NCBI GenBank assembly: GCA_951406725.2
Contig: OX597831.1
Coordinates: 53,010,001-53,074,000 of the forward strand
Source: Octopus vulgaris
Lineage: Eukaryota
Length of the DNA: 64,000 nt
Direction of reading: 5' to 3'
Below, one piece after another: positions 1 to 13,316 of the stretch. Each line of letters opens with the position of its first letter. The first letter of the stretch is position 1. Position numbers and translations under genes: made by a program. Below the pieces are notes generated by a model. The model saw nothing but the letters and a program-made list of their open reading frames with translations. It was not told where the DNA came from and searched no databases.

Positions 1-699
1 CAAAATCAAATCAGTTGAAATAATGATGATGACCTTTATGTAGTTTTATAAAAAAGTTTCATAAAAAATAAATTGCATTTACTTAATAAGCAAAATATTT
101 TAAGACATTCTGTGTGTGTGTCTACTGCCACTAATACCTTTTCTTATCTTATTAGTAAAGTTGGTTCATATTAAAGGTTACTTCATTGTTAATTTGCTAT
201 ATGGTTGATGAATTGGTAGAATTGAGGTTAATGGTCCAGCACTTTATACATTTTTAGTTCAGATCCCATTGAGGACAGCTATACTTTTCAGTTTTCTGAG
301 GTTGATAACATAGTAGTCAAGTACTGGACTCACTTGACTAAGTTCCTCCTCCAGAGTTTGTTTCCTTATGTTAAGAATAATTAACTTGCTATTTTACTGA
401 AACTTGCATGTAGCAATTAATACAGTTTCACAATAAGTTTTTATTTTCTTTCTCTTTCCTTTTCCACTTTTGATCTTCAGTAATGGCCAGTTTAGCTCCT
501 GTTTTTATCACACCAACACATCTCCAAAACAACTTTTCTCTTTCTATTTTCTGCTTTGTGTTTTATCATTTGTAAGGCCTAGTTCTCTTAAGAGTTGCTT
601 TTCCCCTAGGTCCAACAAAATACTGGCAAAATTGAGCAAGCAGCCTTTGAAGTTAATTTGGATAATAATAATATTTTCTTTGTTGGCCACATGAGCCTA

Positions 700-1245
700 C
701 ATAAAACATACAGGGGCAAAAATACAAAGGCACAAACAGAGGGGTTTACTTAGTAAACATAAAACAATAACAAAAATTAACAATAAAATTAAACAAATAC
801 AATTCTCCAATAGGGGGAAGACTATTAAGACATGATTAATACAAAACATGCAAACCTCACAGAAAATTACGGTTTCCCTGCCCACTCAGGCAAATGTTTC
901 CTCTTTCTTTTACTCCACTCAGAAGCGCATTCTCAGAGCAGGCCTGTTCACATGAACCATGCTCGCCACTCTTGTCCACCTTTCAATAAATTTGCTAGAA
1001 GCAGGCACCTCCCTCTCCACTCTGATCCACCTCTTCAAGTGGAACCTGAAAAAGTCGATCAGAGATTTGCCAGAGAGGGAAATCTCTATCTTCAGCCCTT
1101 TCAGTCTTGTCCACCATACAACCGCGTTTGCCATGGCTACCAGGTAGATGAAAACTGCCTGGCCTTCCCTACCAAAGGAAGAGGGCAGAGCAATCTTAAC
1201 AATAGACTCTGTTAATAGCCAGATCCGTGTGACACGCGACTTGGA
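700..1245 (-). mobile_element. 3' fragment of a LINE (L1/Tx1-like ORF2 C-terminus)
   Basis: ORF 919..1338(-) gives ...AVVWWTRLKGLK...FFRFHLKRWIRVEREV...FIERW, resembling the post-RT C-terminal region of L1/Tx1-clade ORF2. Family assignment is from memory; boundaries approximate. Confidence 0.5.
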
Positions 1246-1259
1246 TAATAATAATAATA

Positions 1260-1460
1260 ATAATTGTTTCAAATTTTGGCACAAGGTCGGCAATTTTAGG
1301 AAAGGGAAATAGCCGATTATATTGACCCTGGTGTTCAACTGGTACTTATTTTATTACCTGAAAAGATGAAACAAAGTTGACCTTACGGAATTTGATCTCA
1401 GAATGATAAGAGCTGGAGCTTTTAAGCATTTTGTCTGACATACTAACAATTCTGCAGCAG
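1260..1460 (-). mobile_element. tRNA-derived SINE, family A
   Basis: Reverse complement of the recurring GCTGGCAGAATyGTTAG...TTCTGAGTTCAAATT...AATAAGTACCAGTTGA...CTTGTGCCAAAATTTGAAAC(ATT)n unit seen many times in the window. Confidence 0.75.
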
Positions 1461-2059
1461 CAATAATAATAATAATAGTAATTATTATTATTAATTCAAA
1501 ACAACAACAACAACAACAATAATATAAACAAGTTGTAATTTAGTGATAATAGATCTGATGTATGATGATATTGTATAGAATACAAGATTTGTTAATGTCT
1601 TTATTTTTTTCCCTTACACATGTATAAACCCTTCATTATGGTAGTTAAAGATGAATAATAAAGATGTAGCGATATAGTTTTAGATTTCAGATTGTATTCA
1701 TGTATTTTTGTGTCTTGCATGTCTTTGCAATGACACTGCTTTGGTTGTAAGTATATTACATCTCCTGTAAACAATAAGCTTGGAAGCTTGATACACATAG
1801 ACATGGAATAAAAACCCATATAAAGTAGTACCCTGGTAAACAGCCATAGAACACTGCCATACAGAGTCTTGTCCAGCCTATGTTAGTATGCAAAAATACA
1901 ATAAAAATGATGATAATCTTCTATTTCTTTCTATGTGTATATTGTATATTCTAACTTTGATTTAATTGATAGTAAATTTGAATGTTCATTTTTTTTCCAT
2001 CTGAATGTTCTGTTTTCTTTTACTATTATGAAGAATTTTTGTGAATGCTTCTCTACCAC

Positions 2060-2415
2060 ATGCTATTGTGTTCAATCCCACTTTGTAGCACCTTAGGCAA
2101 GTGCCTTCTACTAAAATGGTGAGCCACATAAAGCCTTGCAAGTGGATTTGGAAGGTGGAAACTGAAAAAAAAAAGCTGTTGTGTGTGTGTGTGTGTGTCC
2201 CCTTGTCAACATTGCATGATGGTTGTAAATGAGTGTCACTGTCATACAAGCAGTGTCATTTCCAATATTGTGCAAAGACATATCTGGCTGTAGGGAATTT
2301 ATAGCTGGTTTGGAGACAGATAAGTGTTGGCAACAGGAAGACACCTGGCTATAGAAAACCAGTGTTAGTAAACTCTGTCCAACTCGGTGGTAAAAGTGGA
2401 CGTTAAAATGATCAT
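2060..2415 (+). mobile_element. SINE family B (5'-truncated) with internal (TG)n
   Basis: GGCAAGTGCCTTCTACT...AAAGCCTTG...GGATTTGG...GGAAACTGAAA core shared with the intact copy at 58453. Confidence 0.7.
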
Positions 2416-2653
2416 GAATGGTAATGAAAATATATAATAATTTTACAGTCTTTGAAATTTATGGTGAGATTAAGAATTGGCTCCTGGAACTACTATACTT
2501 GAGAGAACATCATACATAGTTCTTATTAAAAACATTATATAGTTTAATGCTGGTAGTTAGAAGTTGATGTAATTGGGTTCTGAAGAAATTGGAAACTTTT
2601 TTTTTTTAATGAAGCCTTATTTTTATGCATTTTATTTTTTTAATATTTTCCAG

Positions 2654-2776
2654 ATGGTTCAAAGAAAATTGTTATTCCCATTGATTCCAATGCAGACTAT
2701 GCTCGTGTTGGACGACAGTCAATTGTTTTCTCCAAAGATCAAACCTCTTTTCAAGCAAATTTTGCCTCAGTCCATG
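2654..2776 (+). CDS. CARM1: CARM1 coding exon (N-terminal PH-like domain)
   Basis: ttttccag|...|gtaata, 123 nt, phase 1-1. GSKKIVIPIDSNADYARVGRQSIVFSKDQTSFQANFASVH resembles the SRVGKQSF segment of the CARM1 N-domain. Confidence 0.8.
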
Positions 2777-3029
2777 GTAATATATAAATTTAACAATTCA
2801 CTTTCTCATCAAAATATTCACTTTCTCATCTAAATATTGGGAAAAAGAGAATTTAAAAAAAAATTTAAGCAGTTCATCATATATAGTCATTTTTAGAATG
2901 AGGGTTAAAAAAAAAAAAAAAGAAACTTGGAAACTAAAATGACTTCAATAACCACACTATTATATTGAGAAACAGCAGTTACATACTCTACTAAGTTTCA
3001 ATCCATATTGACTTAGTAATTTCCATTTA

Positions 3030-4317
3030 TTAGGTTGTAAAGTATGAAATTTGTAGTAAGGTATACGGTAAACTTTGACAGCTGCTTATTTTGCACCATT
3101 ATTATATTTTGACAATCTTTATTTTTTGTTAGAAAGCTGACACACCTATTTCTTTATTCTTACTCATTTTGTGCTTTATAAAGTATTTATAAATCGACAT
3201 TTGCTATTTTTGTTTAGAAATGGATAAGTTGGAAATTCGTAGTTTTGAAATATGAGTTCTTTCTTGGAAATACAGCATCACAGACATCTTGGAATATTAA
3301 TGGTGTATTTCATTCTAATGTTATTACGCAAGCAGACAGTATTAAATTGGTTTGCAAAATTTCGTTCTGGTAACTTTAACCTCACAAATAAGCAATGTGG
3401 TCAACCAGAAACAAAGGTGGATAATGGATATACTGAAAACCACTGTCGAGTCAGATCCATCACAAAGTGCCCGTGAATTATCATTGTTGTTTGGTGTTAG
3501 CTAGTAAACAGTATTGACTCACCTAGTTCAAATCGATAAATTGAAAAAGTTGGATAAGTGGGTTCCACATGAACTCAATGAACATTAGAAACAGGAACAT
3601 TTGGAAGTCTGCATTATGCTACTTTCTTGTCACAAAAATGAATCATTTTTTAATCGAATTGTAACATGATGATAAATAGGTCCAATACAACAACCGTAAA
3701 CATTCAGCGCAATGGTTGGATAAAGGCGAGCCCCCAAAACATAGTCCAAAAAGCAAAATTCATTGAAAGAAGCTGATGGTGTGTGTTTGGTGGTCTGGTG
3801 CAAGTGTGATCCATTATGATTTTATTAAACCTGGCTTATCAATCACAGCTGAAGTATACTGCAGCCAACTGGATCAAATAATGCAGAAACCTACAAAAAA
3901 AAAAAACAGCCTCAATTAGTCAACAGATCCACTCTTATTTTATTGCAAGACAACACCAAACCACACACTGCAAAAATGACATTGGCGAAACTACAGGAGT
4001 TGGAGTTGGAAGTTCTCCGTCATCCACCATACTCACCTGATCTTGCCCTCACTACCATTTCTTCCAGAATTTGGATAACTTTTTGATAGGAAAAAAATTT
4101 AATTCTGACAGTGCTGTAAAACAGGCCTTCCAAGATTTTATTGCCTCTAGATTGCCAGGCTTTTACAGTTCCGAGCTGGACAAGCTACTGCTGAAATGGC
4201 AAAAGTGTACTGACAGTATCGGTGCATACTCTGATGAATAAAGCTATTCTTTGTATTTATAAAACATTAGCAAACTTTTTTTTTTCTTTTCTGCAAATTT
4301 CATACTCGACGACCTAA
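3030..4317 (+). mobile_element. Full-length decayed mariner (Tc1/mariner, Hsmar1/cecropia-like TIR), ~1.29 kb
   Basis: TA target duplications at 3028-3029 and 4318-4319. TIRs TTAGGTTGTAAAGTATGAAATTTGTAG and CTGCAAATTTCATACTCGACGACCTAA. Confidence 0.93.
3220..4241 (+). pseudogene. Mariner transposase pseudogene
   Basis: ATG MDKLEIR at 3220; WVPHEL (~3559), LQDNTKPH (~3943) and HPPYSPDLA (4021) motifs; multiple stops and frameshifts. Confidence 0.92.
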
Positions 4318-6242
4318 TAATTGCATACCCTCAGTGATTGAAGCTCTTATGCTGTTAACTGGGTTATGGAATATATAACAAAACAAGAACAGTGTGTTTT
4401 TTTTTTTTGTTATTGCAGTTTTATCTTACCCCACTCACTATAGCCATTCTTATGTACCTCTGACTTCCATCTCTGCCATTGTACATTACCTTGCTCATCA
4501 TCCCCCTCTATTTTCTCACCTATCTTCCTTTCTAACCACTTCTATCTCTCTTATCTTCCCTTATCCACCGCCATGTTGATATTTCCCATCAACTACCCCT
4601 CTACTCTTGTCTATCACTCATTACATTCACCACTGTCTCCCATCTTTAATCATCTGTTACCCTTCTCTGACACTCACCCACCCCCTCCCACTGTCCACAT
4701 TTTCTCTAATACTCATCTTGTAACCTTGAGACAGCCCTTGCACCCTCTTACCACCATCTTTTTTCGTCTCTGTTACTCTCACCCCTCCTTGCATAATGCA
4801 GGGTAACCACGTATATCTTCCATTGCAAGGTACCCATGCTTGCTCTTGTATCATACTTTAGTCTTCAACACCTAGCATAAAGCTATCCATTCTTTCATAT
4901 GATACTCTCTGTCAGTCCAACTCATGACAGTATGGAAAATAAAAGTTAATGATGATATCAGCATATCAACTGAGAATTCTCTCCTCTGGGGATTTTCAAT
5001 TCATTTGAATATTTTTCAATTACCAGAACTTCACTAGATTCATATGCTTAAATTAGTTAATTACTTAGTAAGAGCAGCTAGAGATAATAGCATGAATTAA
5101 TTAAGCTTCATTTGTGACAATTACAAACGAGGTTTGTTTATTGCTTTATTCATAGCTATCTTTCCTAAATTTTATCCACAAAAAAAGATGAATTTACTGA
5201 AGCAGTCTGTCAACTCTGCTTTGGAATTGTTTTTAGTGATTAATTGCTAATGCAGACTGTTGTCAGTTCTTTCAGATCCAGACTTTTAAGATAATGATAC
5301 ACCAGAAGCTGAATTGTGGTAGTCACTGAAATGGTGAAAGTTAAGTTGAATACTATTTTGTCAAGCCTCCAGAATTACTTTATTCATATCTTGACAATCT
5401 CCCAAAATTCAATTCAGCAATATTAACTTCATTTTCATATGCAATTAGTTGATAAAAATCTTATATTAACTTGATGCTAAGTTGTTTCATATTTTGAAAA
5501 GTTATGCTGTTAATAGGAATTGATTGTATAGTATACATGAGTATACTAGGCAAGAAGCCTAGTGACTAAAGATAATGAGCTCAAGAGCATAAGGTTACCA
5601 GCTGATTCTTGGACCGAATTCTGTGTAAAGTTACCAAAAACATGGTGCTTGTTAGCAAATTATCGTCACTTGTGAGTTACAGCTGTAGTTTTTCTTTCTT
5701 TTTTTTTTTTGGAACATTAATATATTGTTTTTAATTGCATAGCCTGTTAATGATTTCCTAATAGCTGTTAGGCAAACATCAATAAGCAAAATATTAATTC
5801 CACCATTGTGGAATTAATATGTTTTTACTAAATACAGTTTTTTGAGCTGTTCAGTTTTTGCAACAAACTAAAGTTGAGCAAATTTTAATGAGAGCTTTTA
5901 TGAACTCACTGTCAACTTCAAATCTTTTTGTCGTGCTATGCTGCTGGACAGGAATTTGGAGTATATCTTGTGAATTTCACACCACAAGCTGTATATGGTT
6001 GAAACATACCATATATGATGTGCATGTGTGTGTACACTCTCACATGCATACTTCAGTGTGTGGGAATTTTTTTTGTAATTTTCACATTATTGATGTTTTG
6101 ACCAATTTGTTAAACCTTCAAGTAAATCAAAGCATTTTATTTTCACACAGTAATTTATAAGTATCTGAATCATTCTAATTTAAGAAATTTTTCTTTATTC
6201 TTATGTTGTTCTAGTTCTATCATAGTGAATTGCCATTATTTA

Positions 6243-6420
6243 AAAGGCGACAAGCTGACAGTTGTTAGCGTGCTGGACAAAATGCTTATTTGCATTTTGT
6301 CTGTCTTTACGTTCTGAGTTCAATAAATTAAGTACCAGTCAAGTACTGGGGTCAATGTAATCAACTGTCCCCCTCCCTACAAATTCCAAACTTTCTGCCT
6401 ATAGTAGAAAGGTTTATTTA
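6243..6420 (+). mobile_element. SINE family A
   Basis: AAGGCGACAAGCTGACAG..GTTAGCGTGCTGGACAAAATGCTT head and AGTACCAGTCAAGTACTGGGGTCAATG body. Confidence 0.75.
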
Positions 6421-7083
6421 ATTATTCTTGAACCACATGAATATTTGTCATGTTGAACTTAAAGATTAACAAGAAAAATTCCTTTTCTATGCCTCAGTCA
6501 TTGGGGAATTGATGTTTTTTATGTGGCAAAAGTCAATCTCCTAATATAATAATGAGCGTAGTGTATTTCTCCATCACAACATACAAATGAGAAAGGAAGG
6601 GGTGATCCACTGATGGAAGTAGGATGGTGAAAAGTCAACAGTGAAGCAAAAAGCAAACAGCGCTTCAACTCTGTATGAGTATATGTGTGTGCATGTAAAC
6701 GGGGGGAATGTGAATGTTTGTATATGCGTATTTATGTATATCTTTTTAGAAAGATACATAGAAAATAAAATTACAGACATGCACACATTTACACACACAT
6801 ATATAAGCAGACACTTAAAAAAGAAGGAAGAAGGCTGTGACAAAGTATAGAAAACCACCATCGTTTTTGACAGCACAGGGCCAGCTAGTGATTTAATAAA
6901 TTCTGTGCACAAAATAGATTTTTGTTCAAATACTAGTCCAGATACTGAATATGGTGTAAAAGTTCTTGGGTAAACTCATTAAATTTACAAAAAGAAAGGG
7001 GGCAGTTATATTGGGGTATGGGGCTGAAGAGTGATTGTCAGCAATTTTCTTGACGCATTTGGTAAACATTTTTTCAATTTCAG

Positions 7084-7184
7084 TTATGAAGTCCTTCTTG
7101 TACCGTTTGAACGAATTCACAAATGGTCGCAAATCTGTTTTCTCAGAAAGAACAGATGATGCATCAGCAGTGCAGTACTTTCAG
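7084..7184 (+). CDS. CARM1: CARM1 coding exon
   Basis: tttcag|...|gtaggt, 101 nt. VMKSFLYRLNEFTNGRKSVFSERTDDASAVQYFQ contains the CARM1 signature SVFSERT..SAVQYFQ. Confidence 0.95.
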
Positions 7185-7459
7185 GTAGGTTGCTTTTCTT
7201 TTTTTTTTTATATATTTTTTATACAATGTTGTGGTGTTATCAGTGAAGTAATGAAAGCTCTAGTGTGTTGAAGATAAGATCTTACATTCCTAAGTTTACC
7301 ATGCGAGAATTTTCAGTGTTTGATGAAAGGGTTGTAAAATATATTTGCTTCTAACCATGTGTTTTCAAGCTGGGTAAGTGTCTTCTTCATGCATCTTGAG
7401 CTGACTGAAGACTTGTGAGTGTAATAGGTAGACTGCAATAGTATGGTAAACCCATTGTA

Positions 7460-7464
<5 letters not shown>

Positions 7465-7497
<33 letters not shown>

Positions 7498-7500
7498 TGT
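7465..7500. repeat. (TG)n microsatellite
   Basis: Seen directly. Confidence 0.9.
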
Positions 7501-7626
7501 GAATAGAAATAGTTTAATTGCAAAACTGGTAATGGTTTGTGATAAGAAGGGCAGCTTGGCATAGAATATTGCCTCAATAATTCTTGCACAATTCATGCTA
7601 TCATTGAAAAACTGGATATAAAAAAA

Positions 7627-7658
<32 letters not shown>

Positions 7659-8069
7659 CACACACACACACATATATATACAGAGAGAGAGTAATAATAA
7701 TAATCCTTGGATGGAATTTATAGATATTTTAACGCACATTTCTACAAATCACATGTCATAAGATCACAGTCTGTATTTCTGGGGTGATTACAGTACAGTC
7801 CTTAGTATCCATGGACATTGGGTAAATCATGTTCATGCATTCATTTCTTTGGGTGATATGGCATTAACAGATGTTTAACAGAGGGTTGTTTACCAATTTT
7901 GATCTATGACAATGTTGACTGGTGGATGTGAACATTTCTGTGTGTATTTGGTGGGGAGAAGTAGAAGGTGATGGAAAGAGAGGAAGGAATGGTAGTTATA
8001 AGGAGATGGAGGTGTGTGTGGTGATGTTGGATTTATTTTGATATTTGAATATGCAGATGTCAGGATGAG

Positions 8070-8215
8070 TAAATGTCCTTTCCGTCTCATCCTGTTAATG
8101 AATGCACTTATGCATTCTTTCATCTGTTTCAAGTATTCCCTTCTGTTTGGTATAGGAATATCCTGGAGTGTTTGTTTAAAGTTACTTATATCCTGTATGT
8201 GTTGTATAAAGAAAA
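8070..8215 (-). mobile_element. Penelope-like element ORF N-terminal fragment
   Basis: FKQTLQDIPIPNRREYLKQMKECISAFINRMRRK matches, from memory, the N-terminal (N/D)IPIP...YL...FI.RMRWK motif of Penelope/Poseidon ORFs. Confidence 0.65.
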
Positions 8216-8291
8216 AAGTTGTTTTTTTTAAAAAGTTATTTATTAGGTTATTTAACATCCTTAACACACACACATATAAAAATATATATGT

Positions 8292-8527
8292 GGTGGTATG
8301 GGCATGTGTTGAGTAGGGACGAGGAGCATATTCTGAAATGGGTGCTGGAGTTTCAGGTAAATGGACAGCAAAAGCAAGGTAGACCGAGGAAAATGTGGTG
8401 GGGAGATTGGGAGGGTTGGCTTGAGAATGGCAAGATGGTGGGAGGGTGGTTGCTGTTGCATTGAGGTAGATCCAACCACCCCTGTTAATGGGGACAAAAC
8501 CTGGATTCAAAATGATGGATGATGATG
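8292..8527 (+). mobile_element. RTE-clade LINE 3' end
   Basis: WYGHVLSRDEEHILKWVLEFQVNGQQKQGRPRKMW is the typical RTE ORF C-terminal motif (W.GHV.R...GRP...W), followed by a (GAT)n tail. Confidence 0.8.
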
Positions 8528-8904
8528 AAAATTGTGCAGTGAAAAATGTGCCACAGAATTTGGTGTCATCATTTTAATGTCCACTTTTTCATGTTTAAGA
8601 ACACCACTGTTTCATCCTTGTGATAAAATCTAAAGGGTTTGGAAATGTCAATGGATACAGGAATTATATTGTTCTAAACAAAATAAGAAATATGAAAAGT
8701 TCTTAATTAAAAAAGTAAATTAATTAGTACATGTTTAATCCTTTAGCATTCAAATGACTCTCAAATGTAATGCTCTTTTATTCACAGAATTTTGAATTAG
8801 TTATACATTACCTTGTAGCAAAAATGTTATATGTATGGGATATGGTTTTTATCCAATTGACCACATTTCTCCTTTAACTTCATGAAAATGTCATATTGTT
8901 ATGA

Positions 8905-9480
8905 AACTGGTGAGCTGGCAGAATCGTGAGCATGCTGGTCAAAATGCTGTTAAATATTTTCTCTGTCCTTTGAGTTCAAATTCTGCTGGGGTCAACTTTG
9001 CCTTTCTTTCTCAAAGGATCAAGCACTGGGGGATGATGTTATTGACTTATCCTCTCCACTAAATTTCCAGGCCTTGAGTCTATAGTAGAAGGGATTATTA
9101 TTATTTTTAAGAAGGTGGCAAGCTGGCAGGACTGTTAGCAACTGGCATTTTGTTATTCTTTATATTCTAAGTTCAAATTCTGCCAAAGCCGACTTCGTCT
9201 TTCCTCTTTTCAGGGTTGATGCAGGCTTTGTGCTTATAGTAGAAAGGATTATTATTAAAGCAGTGAAGTGTGACAGAATTGTTAGCATGTCAGACAAAAT
9301 GCTTTGGTCCATTTCTTCAAGCTCTTTACATTCTTAGTACAAATTCCACTGAGGTTGACTTTGTCTTTTATCCTTTTGGGATTGATAAAATGAAGTACCA
9401 AACATGTGCAGGGATCAGTGTAATTGACTTGCCCACTCCTCTTAAAGTTGCTGGCCTTGTGCTAAAATTAGAATTATTAA
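8905..9480 (+). mobile_element. Three tandem SINE family A copies
   Basis: Heads at ~8908, ~9112 and ~9258, each following the (TTA)n tail of the previous copy. Confidence 0.8.
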
Positions 9481-9506
9481 TGTTATATATTTTTTCTCTT
9501 ATACAG

Positions 9507-9611
9507 TTTTATGGTTACTTGTCTCAGCAACAGAATATGATGCAAGATTATATTCGAACGTCCACATATCAACGTGCAATGTTGGCTAACATCGATGATT
9601 TTCACGACAAG
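9507..9611 (+). CDS. CARM1: CARM1 coding exon
   Basis: atacag|...|gttagt, 105 nt. [35 protein letters not shown]. Confidence 0.97.
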
Positions 9612-9739
9612 GTTAGTGTTTTTTTTTTGCAATGTAATAATCAAAGCAAGGACAAAACGTTATTTACAGTAGTAGAATTTTAATTTAGTTGATCACATTG
9701 CTTGTTAATTAGTTAAAATGTATAATGTTAACTGAAAGT

Positions 9740-9980
9740 ACTTGGCTCAGTGGTTAGCGTATCAGACTCACAATCATGAGGTAGTGAGTTGAATTCTTGG
9801 ACTGGGCTATGTATTGTATTCTTGAGCAAGACACTTTATTTCATGTTGTTCCAGTTCACTCAGCTGTAGAAGTGAGTTGTGATGTCACTGGTGCCAAGCT
9901 GTATTGGCCTTTGCCTTTTTACTTTGGATAACATTAGTGGCATGGAGAGATTGTTGACCAAAGGGAGTTTTTACCCTTTA
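9740..9980 (+). mobile_element. tRNA-derived SINE family C
   Basis: TGGCTCAGTGGTTAG A-box, GAGTTGAATTC B-box-like motif, CTTGAGCAAGACACTTTATTTCA core. Confidence 0.8.
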
Positions 9981-10124
9981 TAATGTTTATTGTATGATTG
10001 CAAGTAGTAGTATAAGTATTGTTTAATGAAAAAGTAAAACATGATTGTTTTGCAATTCAGATTTCATTTCAGTGAAATTCTGATTTTTTTAATAAATCCA
10101 CTTCTCCATCATCATAATCATCAT

Positions 10125-10525
10125 AGACACAGGCATGGCTGTATGGTTAAGAAATTTGCTTCCTGACTATAGAGTCTTTGGTTCAGTCCTGCTGGACCAT
10201 GGCCAAGTGTCTTCTATTATAGCCCCAGACTGATGAAAGCCTTGTGAGTGAATTTGGAAGATGGAAACTGGAAGAAGCCTGTCATGTGCAAGTTTGTACC
10301 CTTGTCTAGACAAGTAATGGCTGTAAATGAACATCCCTGTCATACAAATTAGATTGTTCGTTTCTAATTTTCTGTGAAAAATGTCTGGCTATGAGGGAAA
10401 TACTACTTTATTTGGAAACAGGTGAGGGTTGGTGACAGGAAGGACATCCAGTCATAGAAAATCCTCTTCAACAAAATTAAACCTGATCCATGCAAGTATT
10501 GAAAAAGCCAATATTAAATGATGGT
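10125..10525 (+). mobile_element. SINE family B
   Basis: AGGCATGGCTGTATGGTTAAGAA head, GGCCAAGTGTCTTCTA core and RTE-like tail. Confidence 0.75.
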
Positions 10526-10616
10526 GGCAATGAATAAGCATTTGAGTTTCTTGAAAATCCATTCCAGTATTTCAATTATTTATTTTTTAATTCATATTTG
10601 ATATTTTCTCAATTAG

Positions 10617-10928
<312 letters not shown>

Positions 10929-12005
10929 TAAAATTACTAGCAATTTAAGTTCCGTGTTAAACCAAGCCTTAGATAAATTTTGCCAGTTGTGCAATATTGA
11001 GTTTGAGTGGGGAGACTTTGTTTGGTGGATAATATTACATATGAAAACTGTTTGACCAGGGCTGGACAAGAGGTTTAAAAAATCCTGAAACTGAAATTAA
11101 CATAAAGCTCTATAGGGGCTTGCAGTTTACTTGATTCGATTTATCAAATATTTACAGTGTGTACTAGGTGTATTTTGTGTGGAATCAGCATTAGTAGGAA
11201 TGTCTTGTAACTCACAAAGTGAAAGAGAGCTTCTATAACTGAAAGAGTAGCAGTATGATAGAGAAAAAAGCTTACAGATTTTTTTGTTGTGAGAGGAAGG
11301 CAGTGGAGAGAGGAAATGGGAGAGAAAAGTATTGTGTATGGTGGGGATAATAGAAAGCAATATATTTCCACTTTTCTCTGTCTCCTCTAAGTACATTATC
11401 TATAATTGTCAGTGAAATGTCATTTGTGGAAACTAATGCAGATACTTGAAAGTGTTTATACAAATTCTGATTGTTGTTTCTTTGATTGGCTACTGCATTC
11501 CATATTTTGGCCAGCATTAGACTTGTTAGCAGGACATATAATCATACAGTTATTGATATATCTTAGTTGATGAAAATACATTGTTGAAAAGCAAATTTAC
11601 TGTGGTATTCATCTGGAGATATCTCTTATGGAGATATGCTGTATTTAAAAACACTATATATCAGCAAGAGACAAGAGTGATCACAGCAATGGCATGTACT
11701 CACAGCCAGTCACACGAAGTGACATATACTCAGCTATTTTAATCTAATACTGTCTGTTTCATATAAAAGATTTTTGATTATATCATTTTTAGCACTTAAA
11801 AAAAATTTTCTTCTTTGAAGGTTAACTTCTATTTTTAACTTGAGAAATAAAGAAAACTGGTTCTTTTTTTATTGTATGGAATATAACAGTTTAATTATCA
11901 ATTTATTGCTGTGTCCCCCTGTGATTCCTACAGACTCTTTAGGCTTCACTATTGTTCTAACTAAAGGCAGTTTTTATTTGTATATTCTTTGCTTTACTCT
12001 TTTAG

Positions 12006-12183
12006 ATGCTGGTCAAAGATAACCGACTTGTTGACCAAATTGTTGTTATCACGGGCAAAGTCGAGGATGTTACAATACCCGAGGAAGTTGACACAATTAT
12101 TTCAGAACCTATGGGATATATGTTGTTCAATGAACGTATGCTAGAAAGTTTCCTTCATGCCAAAAAATGGCTGAAGCCTGGAG
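12006..12183 (+). CDS. CARM1: CARM1 coding exon (double-E loop)
   Basis: ttttag|...|gtaagt, 178 nt. ...[32 protein letters not shown]. Confidence 0.97.
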
Positions 12184-12311
12184 GTAAGTGAGCTTCTAGT
12201 CATTCTTTAATTGATATTATGTAGTGTCTTGAAGTGTAAGAGAAACAAGTTCAAACCTATCAAATGACACATCTCCTATGACTAAATTTAAGATGTGTGA
12301 TTAGTTTGTTT

Positions 12312-12540
12312 TTAACCCTTTAGCATTCAAACTGGCCATATCTGGCCAGAATATTTAACCTGTTTTATATTGAAACTGACCAGAGCTTGCCTCTCACCTC
12401 AGCCCTACCATGTCATTCTAAAACTAAAAAAACCACATCACTGCAATCTCTAAACTACAAGATAATTCATGATTAATTCAAAACAATATAAATAAACAAA
12501 CATCACATTTGACAGAATAATCTGAACACTAAAGGGTTAA
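12312..12540. mobile_element. piggyBac-like MITE
   Basis: TTAA-CCCTTTAG...CTAAAGGG-TTAA termini. Related copies at ~8735, ~20975-21155, ~46370-46557 and ~60370-60587. Confidence 0.75.
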
Positions 12541-12871
12541 AGTAGTTTCCGTTTCATGTCAATTTCTAAATCTGTTAGAATTTAGACATAAGCTTCTTTA
12601 GATTCAGCAGGAAAGTTTAATGATGGTTGTTTCTGATAGGACTCTATGAAAGAGGTGCTTGAGGGCTTTATTCACATCACAGTTCCAGTATTAGTGAATG
12701 CTGAAAATGGATGGATAGATGTTAGAATTTTTGGCATAAACCTCTTAAAATTTTTTTTTGTTACTACTGTTATGTATAAACACACTCTACCTGTCTCTGC
12801 CTTTGTGTGTATAGAAGTCTTTAAAAAGAAAAAGAAAACAACCCCTTATCTCATTGCATTATTGTTTACAG

Positions 12872-12962
12872 GTCGGATGTTTCCTACACAAGGTGATCTC
12901 CATGTTGCTCCTTTTACTGATGAAGCCTTATATATGGAACAGTATTCTAAAGCAAACTTCTG
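12872..12962 (+). CDS. CARM1: CARM1 coding exon
   Basis: ttacag|...|gtaatt, 91 nt. [31 protein letters not shown]. Confidence 0.97.
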
Positions 12963-13234
12963 GTAATTATACACTTTGACTTCATCACAGTTTTGGAGAC
13001 TCATTTGATGTTAAATATCATTGCTATATGTCGTGGTTGTTTCTTTGCACTTTTCAGCACCTGCATGACCAACAGCAAATTATGTAAAATACGGTGATAT
13101 TTCCATTAACCTCATTTGAATTTTTAAAATAAATAAATTTTTTTTGTACTTACATTCTGTGTAATGATAGGAACATTATTTCATTATCTTCAACAAGATT
13201 GAGTTGTTAATACTTCATTGATTTATTCTCCTAG

Positions 13235-13316
13235 GTATCAAGAGTCATTCCATGGCGTTAACCTCATAAGTTTAAGAAATGCCGCTGTTACTGAATATTT
13301 TAGGCAACCAATTGTC
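13235..13316 (+). CDS. CARM1: CARM1 coding exon
   Basis: tcctag|...|gtaagt, 82 nt. [27 protein letters not shown]. Confidence 0.97.

Noticed and set aside
3220-4241. Domesticated or active mariner transposase
   Set aside because: Several stops and frameshifts, including in the catalytic region.
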